From positions 93,000,001-93,064,000 of the forward strand of contig OZ024744.1 in NCBI GenBank assembly GCA_964016885.1: a stretch of 64,000 bases of DNA, in the 5' to 3' direction. The position numbers and the translations under genes are program-made. Below the pieces are notes generated by a model that saw only the letters and a program-made list of their open reading frames with translations, searched no databases and was not told the origin of the DNA. How positions within the stretch are numbered: position 1 is the stretch's first letter; every line of letters begins with the position of its first letter. Origin of the DNA: Eledone cirrhosa (taxonomy: Eukaryota). This document shows, one piece after another, positions 40,181 to 53,700 of the stretch.

Positions 40181-40675
40181 CTTACATAAAATTATAATGG
40201 AAGGGTTTTTAGATAACTATAAACACTTTAACCCTTTTGTTACCATATTTCTAATAAAAGACACTGCCTATGGTTTTTAAATAATGTTTTTAACTGATCA
40301 AGAATTTGGAAGGATTTACTAATATAACCAAATTTATCATTACAATGGTATTGTTTGGGACATAACATAACAAAGGTTCTTACATAAAATTATAATGGAA
40401 GGTTTTTTTTTTTAATAAATATATAAATATTTCAAAATAAAATCTTCCCAGTCACAGAAGCAGGTGTAGTTTTAGGCAGGTTGGTAACAAAAGAGTTAAT
40501 GTTGCAATTTTAAGTAATTTATTTCAGTAATGGCAGCTTTAATGTGCCGATATCAGCGCTGAACTTACTGATTAGGTTATCACTGCTTCTTTGATGTTTT
40601 TATAAGTTCCCACTATGGTTCTCAATAAATTATGGACGTTTTATTCCATAGTAGTATACATTTTCCTTTCTCGCA

Positions 40676-40794
<119 letters not shown>

Positions 40795-40795
40795 T

Positions 40796-41722
40796 AAACG
40801 GAAAAAATGAAACGATATTTCATTTCCCACTCTTAGTACGGCTGTTACTTAAATATAAGTATGTACACGTACATACATATATGTATACCGACGTACAGTA
40901 GTATGTATATATATATATATACATACATGCACACATATATATATGCACGTATGGATTCACCGAACATTTATTATAATGCTCGGTGTGTTTGTAAACAAAC
41001 ATCCCGTATTAAGCCGTAGTGTCTAGCAACCACCGTTGCTCGTTTGTTCAACACTGACAAAGGAACGCTGTACTAGTTTCAAGCTTGTTAGCTATCGTCA
41101 GCAACGTATACCTTCCTGCCAGATTGTTGAACGTATATACTTACCTTATGCATATTAACGGCTGAGTAGCCCAATATGCATATCGAGTGGGTTAATCGGC
41201 CGGGTGCACCGAAAACGATAAACGGAAAAAATGAAACGATATTTCATTTCCCACTCTTAGTACGGCTGTTACTTAAATATAAGTATGTACACGTACATAC
41301 ATATATGTATACCGACGTACAGTAGTATGTATATATATATATATACATACATGCACACATATATATATGCACGTATGGATTCACCGAACATTTATTATAA
41401 TGCTCGGTGTGTTTGTAAACAAACATCCCGTATTAAGCCGTAGTGTCTAGCAACCACCGTTGCTCGTTTGTTCAACACTGACAAAGGAACGCTGTACTAG
41501 TTTCAAGCTTGTTAGCTATCGTCAGTGTTGAACAAACGAGCAACGGTGGTTGCTAGACACTACGGCTTAATACGGGATGTTTGTTTACAAACACACCGAG
41601 CATTATAATAAATGTTCGGTGAATCCATACGTGCATATATATATGTGTGCATGTATGTATATATATATATATACATACTACTGTACGTCGGTATACATAT
41701 ATGTATGTACGTGTACATACTT
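40796..41722 (-). mobile_element. Retrozyme-like/PLE-derived element (family D): 424-bp direct repeat plus inverted arm, in (TA)n
   Basis: 40796-41101 repeated at +424 (41220-41525); 41521-41722 is the reverse complement of about 41280-41482; hammerhead on minus strand. Confidence 0.85.
41065..41107 (-). ncRNA. Minimal type-I hammerhead ribozyme
   Basis: Reverse complement acgttg-CTGACGA-t-agct-aaca-agct-t-GAAA-ctag-TA-cagcgt; 6-bp stem I, palindromic stem III; non-canonical base of stem II. Confidence 0.68.
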
Positions 41723-41789
41723 ATATATATATATATATATATACATATATATATGTATGTATATATATGTATATATATATATGCATATA

Positions 41790-41849
<60 letters not shown>

Positions 41850-41905
41850 TATATATGTATATATATATATGTATATACATATATATATATACATGTATAT
41901 ATATA

Positions 41906-41946
<41 letters not shown>

Positions 41947-41955
41947 ATATATTTG

Positions 41956-41990
<35 letters not shown>

Positions 41991-42096
41991 ATATATGTGT
42001 ATATATATATATATATATATACATGTATATATATTTGTATATATATATATATATACATGTATATATATTTTTATATATATATGTATATATAAATAT

Positions 42097-42128
<32 letters not shown>

Positions 42129-42191
42129 GTATATACATATATACACACACACATATATATATATATATATACATATATACACACGCGTATA

Positions 42192-42253
<62 letters not shown>

Positions 42254-42636
42254 TATTGATTTATATGTTTCTCAGAGAACTTCCATTTTCTTCTTTAACC
42301 CTATTTCAAATGAAAGACACTAGCTATTGTTTTGAAAAAAATGTTGAAAAATGATTTGCAAAAATAATCAATAATTTGGGGGAATTTAGTAATATAACTA
42401 ACTTTTACATTATTAAACTGGCGTTTGGAACGTAACTTAACAAAGGTTCTTACATAAAATTAAATTATAATGGAAGGTTTTTAGATAAATATAAACACTA
42501 ATATGAAGACCTCTCAAGATATTAAAGAGACTCATTGAGGAAGATACACAACTTTCCAGTGAAGAAGAATTAAAGTGGTTAATTCTTGATTATGTGAGAT
42601 GGAATGAATATAGTGGTGGTGGTGGTGGTGGTGGTG

Positions 42637-42703
<67 letters not shown>

Positions 42704-42789
42704 CAGTAGTAGTAGAGGTAGTAGTTGCCATAATTCTAATGAAAGACATTGCTTAGGATTTTCAAATCGTTTTTGAAAATAATCAATAA

Positions 42790-44642
42790 ACACCAACACC
42801 AACCCTAAACCCCAACCCCCTAAAAACAACACCAACACCACCCCTAAAAAACAACACCAACACCACTCATAAAAACGCAAACACCACCCCTAAAAGCCAA
42901 CACAAACACCACCCCTAAAAACACCAACACAAACATCACCCCTAAAAACAACACCAACACCAACCCTAAAAACACCAGCACCACCCCTAAAAACACGAAC
43001 ACCACCCCTAAAAAACAACACCAACACCACCCCTAAAAAACAACACCAACACCACCCCTAAAAACAACACCAACACCACCCCTAGAATCAACACCAACAC
43101 CACCCCTAAAAAAGAGCAACACCAACACCACCCCTAGAAACAACACCAACACCACCCCTAAAAACAACACCAACACCACCCCTAAAAAGACCAACACCAA
43201 CACCACCCCTAGAAACAATACCAACACCACCCCTAAAAACAACACCAACACCACCCCTAAAAACAACACCAACACCACCCCTAAAAACAACACCAACACC
43301 ACCCCTAAAAAACAACACCAACACCACTCATAAAAACATCAACACCACCCCTAAAAGCCAACACCAACACCACCCCTAAAAACACCAACACAAACATCAC
43401 CCCTAAAAACAACACCAACACCAACCCTAAAAACACCAACACCACCCCTAAAAACACGAACACCACCCCTAAAAAACAACACCAACACCACCCCTAAAAA
43501 CAACACCAACACCACCCCTAGAAACAACATCAACACCACCCCTAAAAGCCAACACAAACACCACCCCTAAAAACACCAACACAAACATCACCCCTAAAAA
43601 CAACACCAACACCAACCCTAAAAACACCAACACCACCCCTAAAAACACGAACACCACCCCTAAAAAACAACACCAACACCACCCCTAAAAACAACACCAA
43701 CACCACCCCTAGAAACAACACCAACACCACCCCTAAAAAAGACCAACACCAACACCACCCCTAAAAACAACACCAACACCAACACCACCCCTAGAAACAA
43801 TACCAACACCACCCCTAAAAACAACACCAACACCACCCCTAAAAACAACACCAACACCACCCCTAAAAAAGACCAACACCAACACCACCCCTAAAAATAC
43901 CAACACCACCCCTAGAAACAACTCCAACTCCACCCGTAAAGACAACACCAACACCACCCCTAAAATACCAACACCACCCCTAGAAACAACACCAACACCA
44001 CCCCTAAAAATACCAACACCAACACCACCCCTAGAAACAACACCAACACCACCCCTCAAAATACCAACACCAACACCACCCCTAAAAAAAACACCAACAC
44101 CACCCCTAAAAAAACCAACACCACCCCTAAAAAAGACCAACACCAACACCACCCCTAAAAACAACACCAACACCACCCCTAAAAAAGACCAACACCAACA
44201 CCACCCCTAGAAACAACACCAACACCACCCCTAAAAAGAACACCAACACCACCCCTAAAAATACCAACACCACCCCTAGAAACAACAGCAACACCACCCC
44301 TAAAAATACCAACACCACCCCTAGAAACAACACCAACACCACCCCTAAAAATACCAACACCAACACCACCCCTAGAAACAACACCAACACCACCCCTAAA
44401 AATACCAACACCACCCCTAGAAACAACACCAACACCACCCCTAAAAATACCAACACCACCCCTAGAAACAACACCAACACCACCCCTAAAAACAACACCA
44501 ACACCACCCCTAAAAATACCAACACCACCCCTAGAAACAACACCAACACCACCCCTAAAAAAGACCAACACCAACACCACCCCTAGAAACAACACCAACA
44601 CCACCCCTAAAAATACCAACACCAACACCACCCCTAAAAACA
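42790..44642. repeat. C/A-rich minisatellite (about 21-30 bp; aacaacaccaacaccacccctaaa)
   Basis: Direct reading; minus strand is (tttaggggtggtgttggtgttgtt)n. Confidence 0.95.
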
Positions 44643-44689
44643 ATTCAAGTATCTTTTGTGGTTATGAAAACAGAAAAGGAAGGGAAAGG

Positions 44690-45186
44690 CAGAGGCTGTA
44701 GGGTCACAGACGAGTGGTGGGTGATGGGAGGAGGGGGTGATGAGCTGTAAGGTCACAGAGGAGTGGGTGGGTGATGGGAAGAGGGGGTGATGGGCTGTAA
44801 GGTCACAGAAGAATGGCAGGGGTGATGGGAGGAGGGGGTGATGGGCTCTAGGGTCACAGAAGAAAGAGGAGGTGGGTGGGAGGAGTGGTGATGGGAGGGG
44901 TGATGGGGGTGAGAAGGGGGTAGGGATGATGGGCTCTAGGGTCACAGAAGAATGGGGAGGGGTGATGGGCTTTAGGGTCACAGAAGGATGGGAAGGGGTG
45001 ATGGGAGGAGGGGGTGATGGGCTCTAGGGTCACAGAAGAATGGGGGGTGATGGGCTCTAGGGTCACAGAATGATGGGGAGGGGTGATGAGAGGAGAGGGT
45101 GATGGGCTCTAGGGTCACAGAAGAATGGGGAGGGGTGATGGGCTTTAGTGTCACAGAAGGATGAGGAGGGGTGATGGGCTCTAGGC
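44690..45186. repeat. G-rich minisatellite (ggggtgatgggctctagggtcacagaagaat, variable length)
   Basis: Direct reading, about 10 units. Confidence 0.85.
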
Positions 45187-45464
45187 CTTGTAATTACAGA
45201 AATATATTTCTCAGGTGACATTTCTTCAGTATAATCCAATACACAGCTACAGATTGGTTTTGCTTTATTTTATAAGTCAGTGGACAATTCCTTTCTTACT
45301 ATTGTATGGAATGGTACTGGTGGTATCTACCAATTTATGGTAGAGTTAATATCTTTGTTAGAGCTCCATGTAGTTCGGAACTATATAATTCCGAGATCAA
45401 ACGACAAGAGTTGTTGTTTATGGAGTAAGCTTTCAACATATCAGATTTTGTTGTACCCATTCTG

Positions 45465-45788
45465 TTGGTTAGAGCATTGGCTGTGCAATCAAAAGGTTGT
45501 GAGTTCAATTCTCAGACCGGGTGATGTGTTGTTTCCTTGAGCAAGACACTTTATTTCACATTGCTCCAGTTTACTCAGCTGTAGAAATGAGATGATAGGG
45601 ACTGGGGTCCATATCATTCCACTGCAAAGTAGTCGTGGAGGTGCCACGGCAAAAAAGGCACCCAGCACTCACTGTAAATGAGGTTTATGTTAGGAAGGGC
45701 ATCCAGCTGTAGAAATCAAGCCAGAATCAGTTCCCGTCCCACCCTTGCAAGCAGGGAAAAGTGGACGTAAAATTAAATGAATGAAATG

Positions 45789-45790
<2 letters not shown>
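45465..45790 (+). mobile_element. CORE-like SINE family 1
   Basis: tggttagagcattggc...gagttcaattctcagacc...RTE-type tail. Confidence 0.85.
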
Positions 45791-45823
<33 letters not shown>

Positions 45824-45980
45824 CAGTATTTCCATAGAAAAGGTAAAGGAAGAGTGCTCTATGTATACTACAGAGCTATTTAATTATGTAATAAATAACA
45901 CAATACAATTATATATATATATATATATAAAAGTGTCTCGATAACAAGTACCCAGTAAAGTGGTAGTTCTGATGCCACGA

Positions 45981-46029
<49 letters not shown>

Positions 46030-46068
46030 ATAGATTACATGAAACAAAGTTCTGTTTAAATCATTTAT

Positions 46069-46117
46069 CTGCTTACAATTGTTTCTTCCAAACCGAGGTT
46101 TGAGGTCTTCAGAGCAA
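46069..46117 (-). ncRNA. Minimal type-I hammerhead motif (family F) at the end of a (TA)n-flanked element
   Basis: Reverse complement ttgct-CTGAAGA-cctcaaacc-tc-ggtttggaa-GAAA-caattg-TA-agcag. Confidence 0.62.
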
Positions 46118-46705
46118 TTATTCAGTGATTTTTAACATACTTGACCTCCTTTTCAACACAAGAGACATATAGAAACATATGAATATATTGACCCACAGTG
46201 GGTTGATATCCATTATAATAATATAGCATGGCAATTTACATACAAAGATTACAGTCATATTAAAGGACAAAATTAAAATTAAAATAAAACATTGGCAGTC
46301 TACTAAGATAAAGCAAAAGGAAAGTTTTGAGTAGCCAGTGTATGCAACAGTCACACGTGTGGCATGCACGCGTGTCCTATTTATACAAGATTATAGTGCG
46401 GCAGATTGTTACAAGTAAAACAAGCAGTCAAAGTAGGCAATCAATAGCATCATGGGGGTGAACTGGTTAAGCATTATTTACACACACCTGTACGATATAG
46501 AAGCCCGTGTGTGGAGAAACACCAAAAAATATCAAAAATATTACAAATGAGAAACAAAACAGCACCACTGTTCTCGTTACATTGAGCTATTTATCTTACT
46601 GGTAATAAGATAGTAATAAATTACTGTCTTTCACTATTTAGGGTATAATATATATATAACTATAAAAGGTTTTAGTATATACATAACCATAAATAGTATC
46701 CTTAA

Positions 46706-46761
<56 letters not shown>

Positions 46762-46815
46762 CGGCGATGAATTAGTTTGCGAGGTTTTTTTATATGAAAT
46801 CGTGTGTCGAAACAA

Positions 46816-47673
46816 ATATTGTTATACTTGGGGAGGGTCATATTTGTGTAATATTGCCAGTCTATAGCATCAGATGTACAGAGGGTACTTGCAGAAACAT
46901 GACAAGAACATACATAGGTGAGACAGCTTGTAGCATAGGTGAAAGGATAGACCAACACTGGGGGGAACTAAAAGGACGAAAAAACGGGTCAGTACTATAC
47001 GAACATGCTAGACAACAATATGACGGTAACATAGACAACATAGAAATTAGAATAATATCTAAACATAGAAATGACCCAGCAGATAGGCAAATCAGAGAGG
47101 CCAGTGAAATAGAAATTAGAAGACCAAAGCTAAACAGAATGAATGAATGGAATAACAACAACACCCAAACAAACAACACTGACCTAAGAGAAGTATAAAT
47201 AAGTAAATAAAATAAAATAAGATAAATAAATACATACACAAGCACAATAACAACAAGCACATAAACACACACTAGTCACCCATCACACAGAAAACATAAC
47301 ACTATACACACACGCAAACGCATGCGCAAAGAAGACAAAATAAAATAAACAAACAAGCAAATAAATAAATAAATATATAGACAGACTGAATAAAAAATGG
47401 CGTAGACATACAACACAACAGGAGGAAAATATAACACCACTGACGATGTTGCAGATGTGCAACGAAAGATTTATGATAAACTATATATATGTGTTTGTGT
47501 CTATATTGTATCTATATTATTTTTGACCGTCGGTCAGTCAATGGCAACATTGAGGACCGAGTAAGTTAGATTACCGATATAAAAGACAGCGAGAAGCGAA
47601 AACCAACCAAACAGTGAGTGTGTTCTGTTATTAATTCTGGCAATATTACACAAATATGACCCTCCCCAAGTAT

Positions 47674-47680
<7 letters not shown>
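46816..47680 (+). mobile_element. Penelope-like element (family G): inverted 5' pLTR tip, GIY-YIG C-terminus and 3' pLTR with hammerhead 47435-47480
   Basis: 46816-46860 is the reverse complement of 47637-47680; VYSIRC..C..TYIGET...ERIDQH...RQIREA...PKLN..NEW; CTGACGA-t-gttgca-gatg-tgcaac-GAAA-gatt-TA. Confidence 0.85.
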
Positions 47681-47715
<35 letters not shown>

Positions 47716-48699
47716 TTTAGTACAGCATTAACGAGGCTTTAGAACACGGCCAAGCTAACTAATGCAGAATTGGTCTGTAGCTTTAGCACTCGGATGGGGA
47801 AAAGAACCCCAGAGTAATAACAACACGTTCAGACAGCTTAGCAAATCAGATATAGCGGTCGGCAGTCCAGCTGCATCACTAGAGTAACGAAAATACAGGA
47901 CCCAGGAAAAGATTTTATACTGACCCGGACAGAGCGGTGAGGCTGAATGCAAAATATATAACTTACATTGTATATCACACAATATACATCACATACAGCA
48001 CCCAACATCAGCGCTAAGTTCTGCAAATCCAAGATCGACAAATTCTGATTGCAGGACTCTGCAATATAATGGTTTTTGATGACAGAACATAGGATTTCCT
48101 TCTTCTGCAAGTCTTTCGTTCTTAGCCTGAGTGGGCATGTTGTAGCTTTAAATTTCGCCACAGACACGTGGTTTTCTCCAAGGGAGGTAACCCCTGTTTA
48201 GGCGGTGAATTCTAATTTGAGAGAGAGAGAGAGGGGGGATGAGAGGGGGTAAAAGAGAAAGAGCCATATATCATTATATCATTAGAGAAACACATAGTAT
48301 TTTGTTTGTATATATATATATATATCTCATAATTTGAATTATTGATGTTCTGGACAAACATCCACTGAGCTTTTCTACTGAGAAACATAATCATCATAAC
48401 ATATTATATATGTTATGATACCTTAACTTAGTGTATGTACATATGTGTGTGTGAGTGTGTGTGTGTGTATGTGTGTGTGCGTGTTTGCGTGTTGAATAAT
48501 GAAAATATAGATTAGTGCTTAATCAGTTCATAGTTTTATGATCGTTTCAGATTGATCATGATAAATCGATATAGTGATTAATTGATAATGTTTATGTCAC
48601 CAGATATTATTAGTTATTAATATTTCAGATCCATCTCACCATCTTGTATAGATTGGTAAGGTTAATGGATTAAGTACAGTCCATTTTTGGCTTGGTTTT

Positions 48700-49630
48700 C
48701 TATGAATGGATCCCCTTCTTAAACATCAACCACTTTACACCATTACATTGGAAGAATTTCACCATGGCATCAGAACTACCTCTCTACTGGGTGCTTTTTG
48801 TTGAGACACATGTACCTAACTGGCTTACAGAGTGAACTGGGTGGTTTTCATCGTGGCATCAGAACTACCACTTTACTGGGTACTTGTTATCGAGACACTT
48901 GTACCTACTGACTTACAGAGTGAACTGGGTGTTTTTCATGATGGCATCAGCATTACCACTTTACAGGGTGCTCTTTGTTGAGACACATGTACCTAACTGA
49001 CTTACAGAGTGAACTGGGTGTTTTTCATGATGGCATCAGCATTACCACTTTACAGGGTGCTCTTTGTTGAGACACATGTACCTAACTGACTTACAGAGTG
49101 AACTGGGTGTTTTTCATGATGGCATCAGCACTACCACTTTACAGGGTGCTCTTTGTTGAGACACATGTACCTAACTGACTTACAGAGTGAACTGGGTGTT
49201 TTTCATGATGGCATCAGCACTACCACTTTACAGGGTGCTCTTTGTTGAGACACATGTACCTAACTGACTTACAGAGTGAACTGGGTGTTTTTCATGATGG
49301 CATCAGCACTACCACTTTACAGGGTGCTCTTTGTTGAGACACATGTACCTAACTGACTTACAGAGTGAACTGGGTGTTTTTCATGATGGCATCAGCACTA
49401 CCACTTTACAGGGTGCTCTTTGTTGAGACACATGTACCTAACTGACTTACAGAGTGAACTGGGTGTTTTTCATGATGGCATCAGCACTACCACTTTACAG
49501 GGTGCTCTTTGTTGAGACACATGTACCTAACTGACTTACAGAGTGAACTGGGTGTTTTTCATCATGGCATCAGCACTACCACATTACTGGGTGCTCTGGG
49601 TGTAGTTTTATCATGGCACCAGCACTAAAT
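48700..49630 (+). repeat. 89-bp minisatellite (48+41 heterodimer) within a SINE-like remnant
   Basis: cttacagag at 49001, 49090, 49179; preceded by ggcttggttttcta...tggatccccttcttaaacatcaacc (SINE family 1-like). Confidence 0.88.
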
Positions 49631-49849
49631 AGGCATTGATGGGAGGGGGAGTTTATATCGCCATGGGAAAGGAATGACAATTAGTTCTTGCTTTCTTTGA
49701 GTTCACATGGCCTAAAGAGTTTGGTAATTTTGTTGATGTTGTCAGAGTACAAAGGCATCACTTTTGTATGTTAACCAGGCAACATGTTTCAGTTCTGTTC
49801 TTTCTAAAACTAAATCATTGAAGTCCTCTATGACATCCTTGATAGCATT

Positions 49850-50545
49850 CACCACCACCATCACCACCATCACCACCATCACCATCACCATCATCGTCAT
49901 CACCATCACCACCACCATCATCATCGTCATCACCATCACTACCACCACCACCACCACCACCACCATCACCACCATCACCACCACCATCACCATCACCACC
50001 ATCACCACCATCACCACCATCACCACCACCATCACCATCACCACCATCACCATCACCATCATCGTCATCAGCATCACCACCATCACCACCATCACCACCA
50101 TCACCACCATCATCATCGTCATGACCATCACCACCATCACCACCATCACCACCATCATCATCGTCATCGCCATCACTACCACCACCACCACCACCACCAC
50201 CATCACCATCATCATCACCATCATCATCACCATCACCACCATCATCACCATCACCACCATCGTCATCGTCATCATCATATCATTATCAGTTATTATTGTC
50301 AGTTATCATCACCATCATCACCACCATCATCGCCATCATTATCATCACCATCATCACCATCATCATCATCACCACCATCATCACCATCACCATCACCACC
50401 ATCATCACCATCATCACCACCATCATCGCCATCATCATCATCACCATCATCACCATCATCATCATCACCACCATCATCACCATCATCATCACCACCATCA
50501 TCACCATCATCACCACCATCATCGTCATCATCATCATCATCATCA
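49850..50545. repeat. (CAC/CAT)n trinucleotide array
   Basis: Direct reading; abuts the SINE tail at 50545. Confidence 0.93.
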
Positions 50546-50745
50546 CTCTTTTAGGTCCATTCTTCCACGCTAGCATGGGTTAGGCAGGTTGTCCTGTTGT
50601 GGGCAAGGCTAGGTCAGGTGTCCATGTCTTGCTCATACAGAACTGATTTGGGCTTGATTTCTACAGCTGGATGCCCTTCCTAACACCAACCTCATTTACA
50701 GTGTAGAGTGGGTGTTTTTTGTTGTCACACCTACCTGACCACTTT
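50545..50745 (-). mobile_element. 3' half of a SINE family 1-related element that runs into the 48-bp satellite
   Basis: aactgatttgggcttgatttctacagctggatgcccttcctaacaccaacctcatttacagtg nearly identical to 3391-3453. Confidence 0.8.
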
Positions 50746-53700
50746 ACAGTGTGGACTGGGTGCTTTTTGTTGTGACACCTACATGACCACTTTACAGTGT
50801 GGACTGGGTGTTTTTTGTTGTGACACCTACATGACCACTTTACAGTGTGGACTGGCTGCTTTTTCTCATGTCACCTACATGACCACTTTACAGTGTGGAC
50901 TGGGTGCTCTTTGTCGTGACACCTACATGACCACTTTACAGTGTGGACTGGGTGCTTTTTGTCGTGACACCTACATGACCACTTTACAGTGTGGACTGGG
51001 TGCTTTATGTTGTGACACCTACATGACCACTTTACAGTGTGGACTGGGTGTTTTTTATCATGACTCCTACATGACCACTTTACAGTGTGTACTGGGTGCT
51101 TTTTATTGTGACACCTACATGACCACTTTACAGTGTGGACTGGATGCTTTATGTTGTGACACCTACATGACCACTTTACAGTGTGGACTGGGTGTTTTTT
51201 GTTGTGACACCTACATGACCACTTTACAGTGTGGACTGGGTGCTTTTTGTCATGACACCTACATGACCACTTTACAGTATGTGCTGGACGCTTTTTGTCA
51301 TAACACCTACATGACACCTACTTTACAATGTGGGCTGGGTGCTTTTTGTCGTGACACCAACATGACCACTTTACAGTGTGGACTGGGCGCTTTTTGTCAT
51401 AACACCTACATGACCACTTTACAGTATGTGCTGGGCGCTTTTTGTCATAACACCTACATGACACCTACTTTACAATGTGGGCTGGGTGCTTTTTGCCATG
51501 GCACCTACATGACCACTTTACAGTGTTGATGGAGTGCTTTTTGTCGTGACACCTACATGACCTCTTTACAGTATGTGCTGGGTGCTTTTTGTCATGACAC
51601 CTACATGACACCTACTTTACAATGTGGACTGGGTGCTTTTTGCCATGGCACCTACATGACCACTTTACAGTGTTGATGGAGTGCTTTTTGTCATGACACC
51701 TACATGACCACTTTACAGAGTGGGCTGGGTGCTTTTTATCATGGCACCTACATGACCACTTTACAGTGTGGGATGAATGCTATTTGTTGTGACACCTACA
51801 TGACCACTTTACAGAGTGGGCTGGGTGCTTTTTGTCGTGACACCTACATGACCACTTTACAGTGTGGACTGGGTGCTTTTTGTCGTGACACCTACATGAC
51901 CACTTTACAGTGTGGACTGGGTACTTTTTGTCGTGACACCTACATGACCACTTTACAGAGTGGGCTGGGTGCTTTTTGCCATGGCACCTACATGACCACT
52001 TTACAGTGTGGGATGAATGCTATTTGTCATGACACCTACATGACCACTTTACAGTGTGGACTGGGTGCTATTTGTCATGACACCTACATGACCACTTTAC
52101 AGTGTGGATGGAGTGCTTTTTGTTGTGACACCTACACGACCACTTTACAGTGTGTACTGGGTGCTCTTTGTCGTGACACCTACATGACCACTTTACAGTG
52201 TGGACTGGGTGCTTTTTGTCGTGACACCTACATGACCACTTTACAGAGTGGGCTGGGTGCTTTTTGTCGTGACACCTACATGACCACTTTACAGAGTGGG
52301 CTGGGTGCTTTTTGTTGTGACACCTACATGACCACTTTACAGTGTGGACTGGGTGCTTTTTGTCGTGACACCTACATGACCACTTTACAGAGTGGGCTGG
52401 GTGCTTTTGTCGTGACACCTACATGACCACTTTACAGTGTGGACTGGGTACTTTTTATCGTGACACCAACATGACCACTTTACAGTGTGGACTGGGCGCT
52501 TTTTGTCATAACACCTACATGACCACTTTACAGTATGTGCTGGGCGCTTTTTGTCATAACACCTACATGACACCTACTTTACAATGTGGGCTGGGTGCTT
52601 TTTGCCATGGCACCTACATGACCACTTTACAGTGTTGATGGAGTGCTTTTTGTCGTGACACCTACATGACCTCTTTACAGTATGTGCTGGGTGCTTTTTG
52701 TCATGACACCTACATGACACCTACTTTACAATGTGGACTGGGTGCTTTTTGCCATGGCACCTACATGACCACTTTACAGTGTTGATGGAGTGCTTTTTGT
52801 CATGACACCTACATGACCACTTTACAGAGTGGGCTGGGTGCTTTTTATCATGGCACCTACATGACCACTTTACAGTGTGGGATGAATGCTATTTGTTGTG
52901 ACACCTACATGACCACTTTACAGAGTGGGCTGGGTGCTTTTTGTCGTGACACCTACATGACCACTTTACAGTGTGGACTGGGTGCTTTTTGTCGTGACAC
53001 CTACATGACCACTTTACAGTGTGGACTGGGTGCTTTTTGTCGTGACACCTACATGACCACTTTACAGAGCGGGCTGGGTGCTTTTTGCCATGGCACCTAC
53101 ATGACCACTTTACAGTGTGGGATAAATGCTATTTGTCATGACACCTACATGACCACTTTACAGTGTGGACTGGGTGCTATTTGTCATGACACCTGCATGA
53201 CCACTTTACAGTGTGGATGGAGTGCTTTTTGTTGTGACACCTACACGACCACTTTACAGTGTGGACTGGGTGCTTTTTGTCGTGACACCTACATGACCAC
53301 TTTACAGAGTGGGCTGGGTGCTTTTTGCCATGGCACCTACATGACCACTTTACAGTGTGGGATGAATGCTATTTGTCATGACACCTACATGACCACTTTA
53401 CAGTGTGGACTGGGTGCTATTTGTCATGACACCTACATGACCACTTTACAGTGTGGATGGAGTGCTTTTTGTTGTGACACCTACACGACCACTTTACAGT
53501 GTGTACTGGGTGCTCTTTGTCGTGACACCTACATGACCACTTTACAGTGTGGACTGGGTGCTTTTTGTCGTGACACCTACATGACCACTTTACAGAGTGG
53601 GCTGGGTGCTTTTTGTCGTGACACCTACATGACCACTTTACAGAGTGGGCTGGGTGCTTTTTGTTGTGACACCTACATGACCACTTTACAGTGTGGACTG

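Larger units (their letters stand above)
38583..40499 (+). mobile_element. TTAA-flanked (piggyBac-like) MITE whose left about 197 bp is tandemly repeated about 6 times, with nested insertions
   Basis: Units start ttaa-ccct/cttt-ttgttaccatat; right end tggtaacaaaagagttaa; accatat markers at 38928, 39124, 39321. Confidence 0.7.

Noticed and set aside
42790-44642. Interstitial telomere or Gly/Val-rich protein
   Set aside because: TTTAGGGG occurs once per longer unit rather than as (TTAGGG)n; ORFs are repeat artefacts
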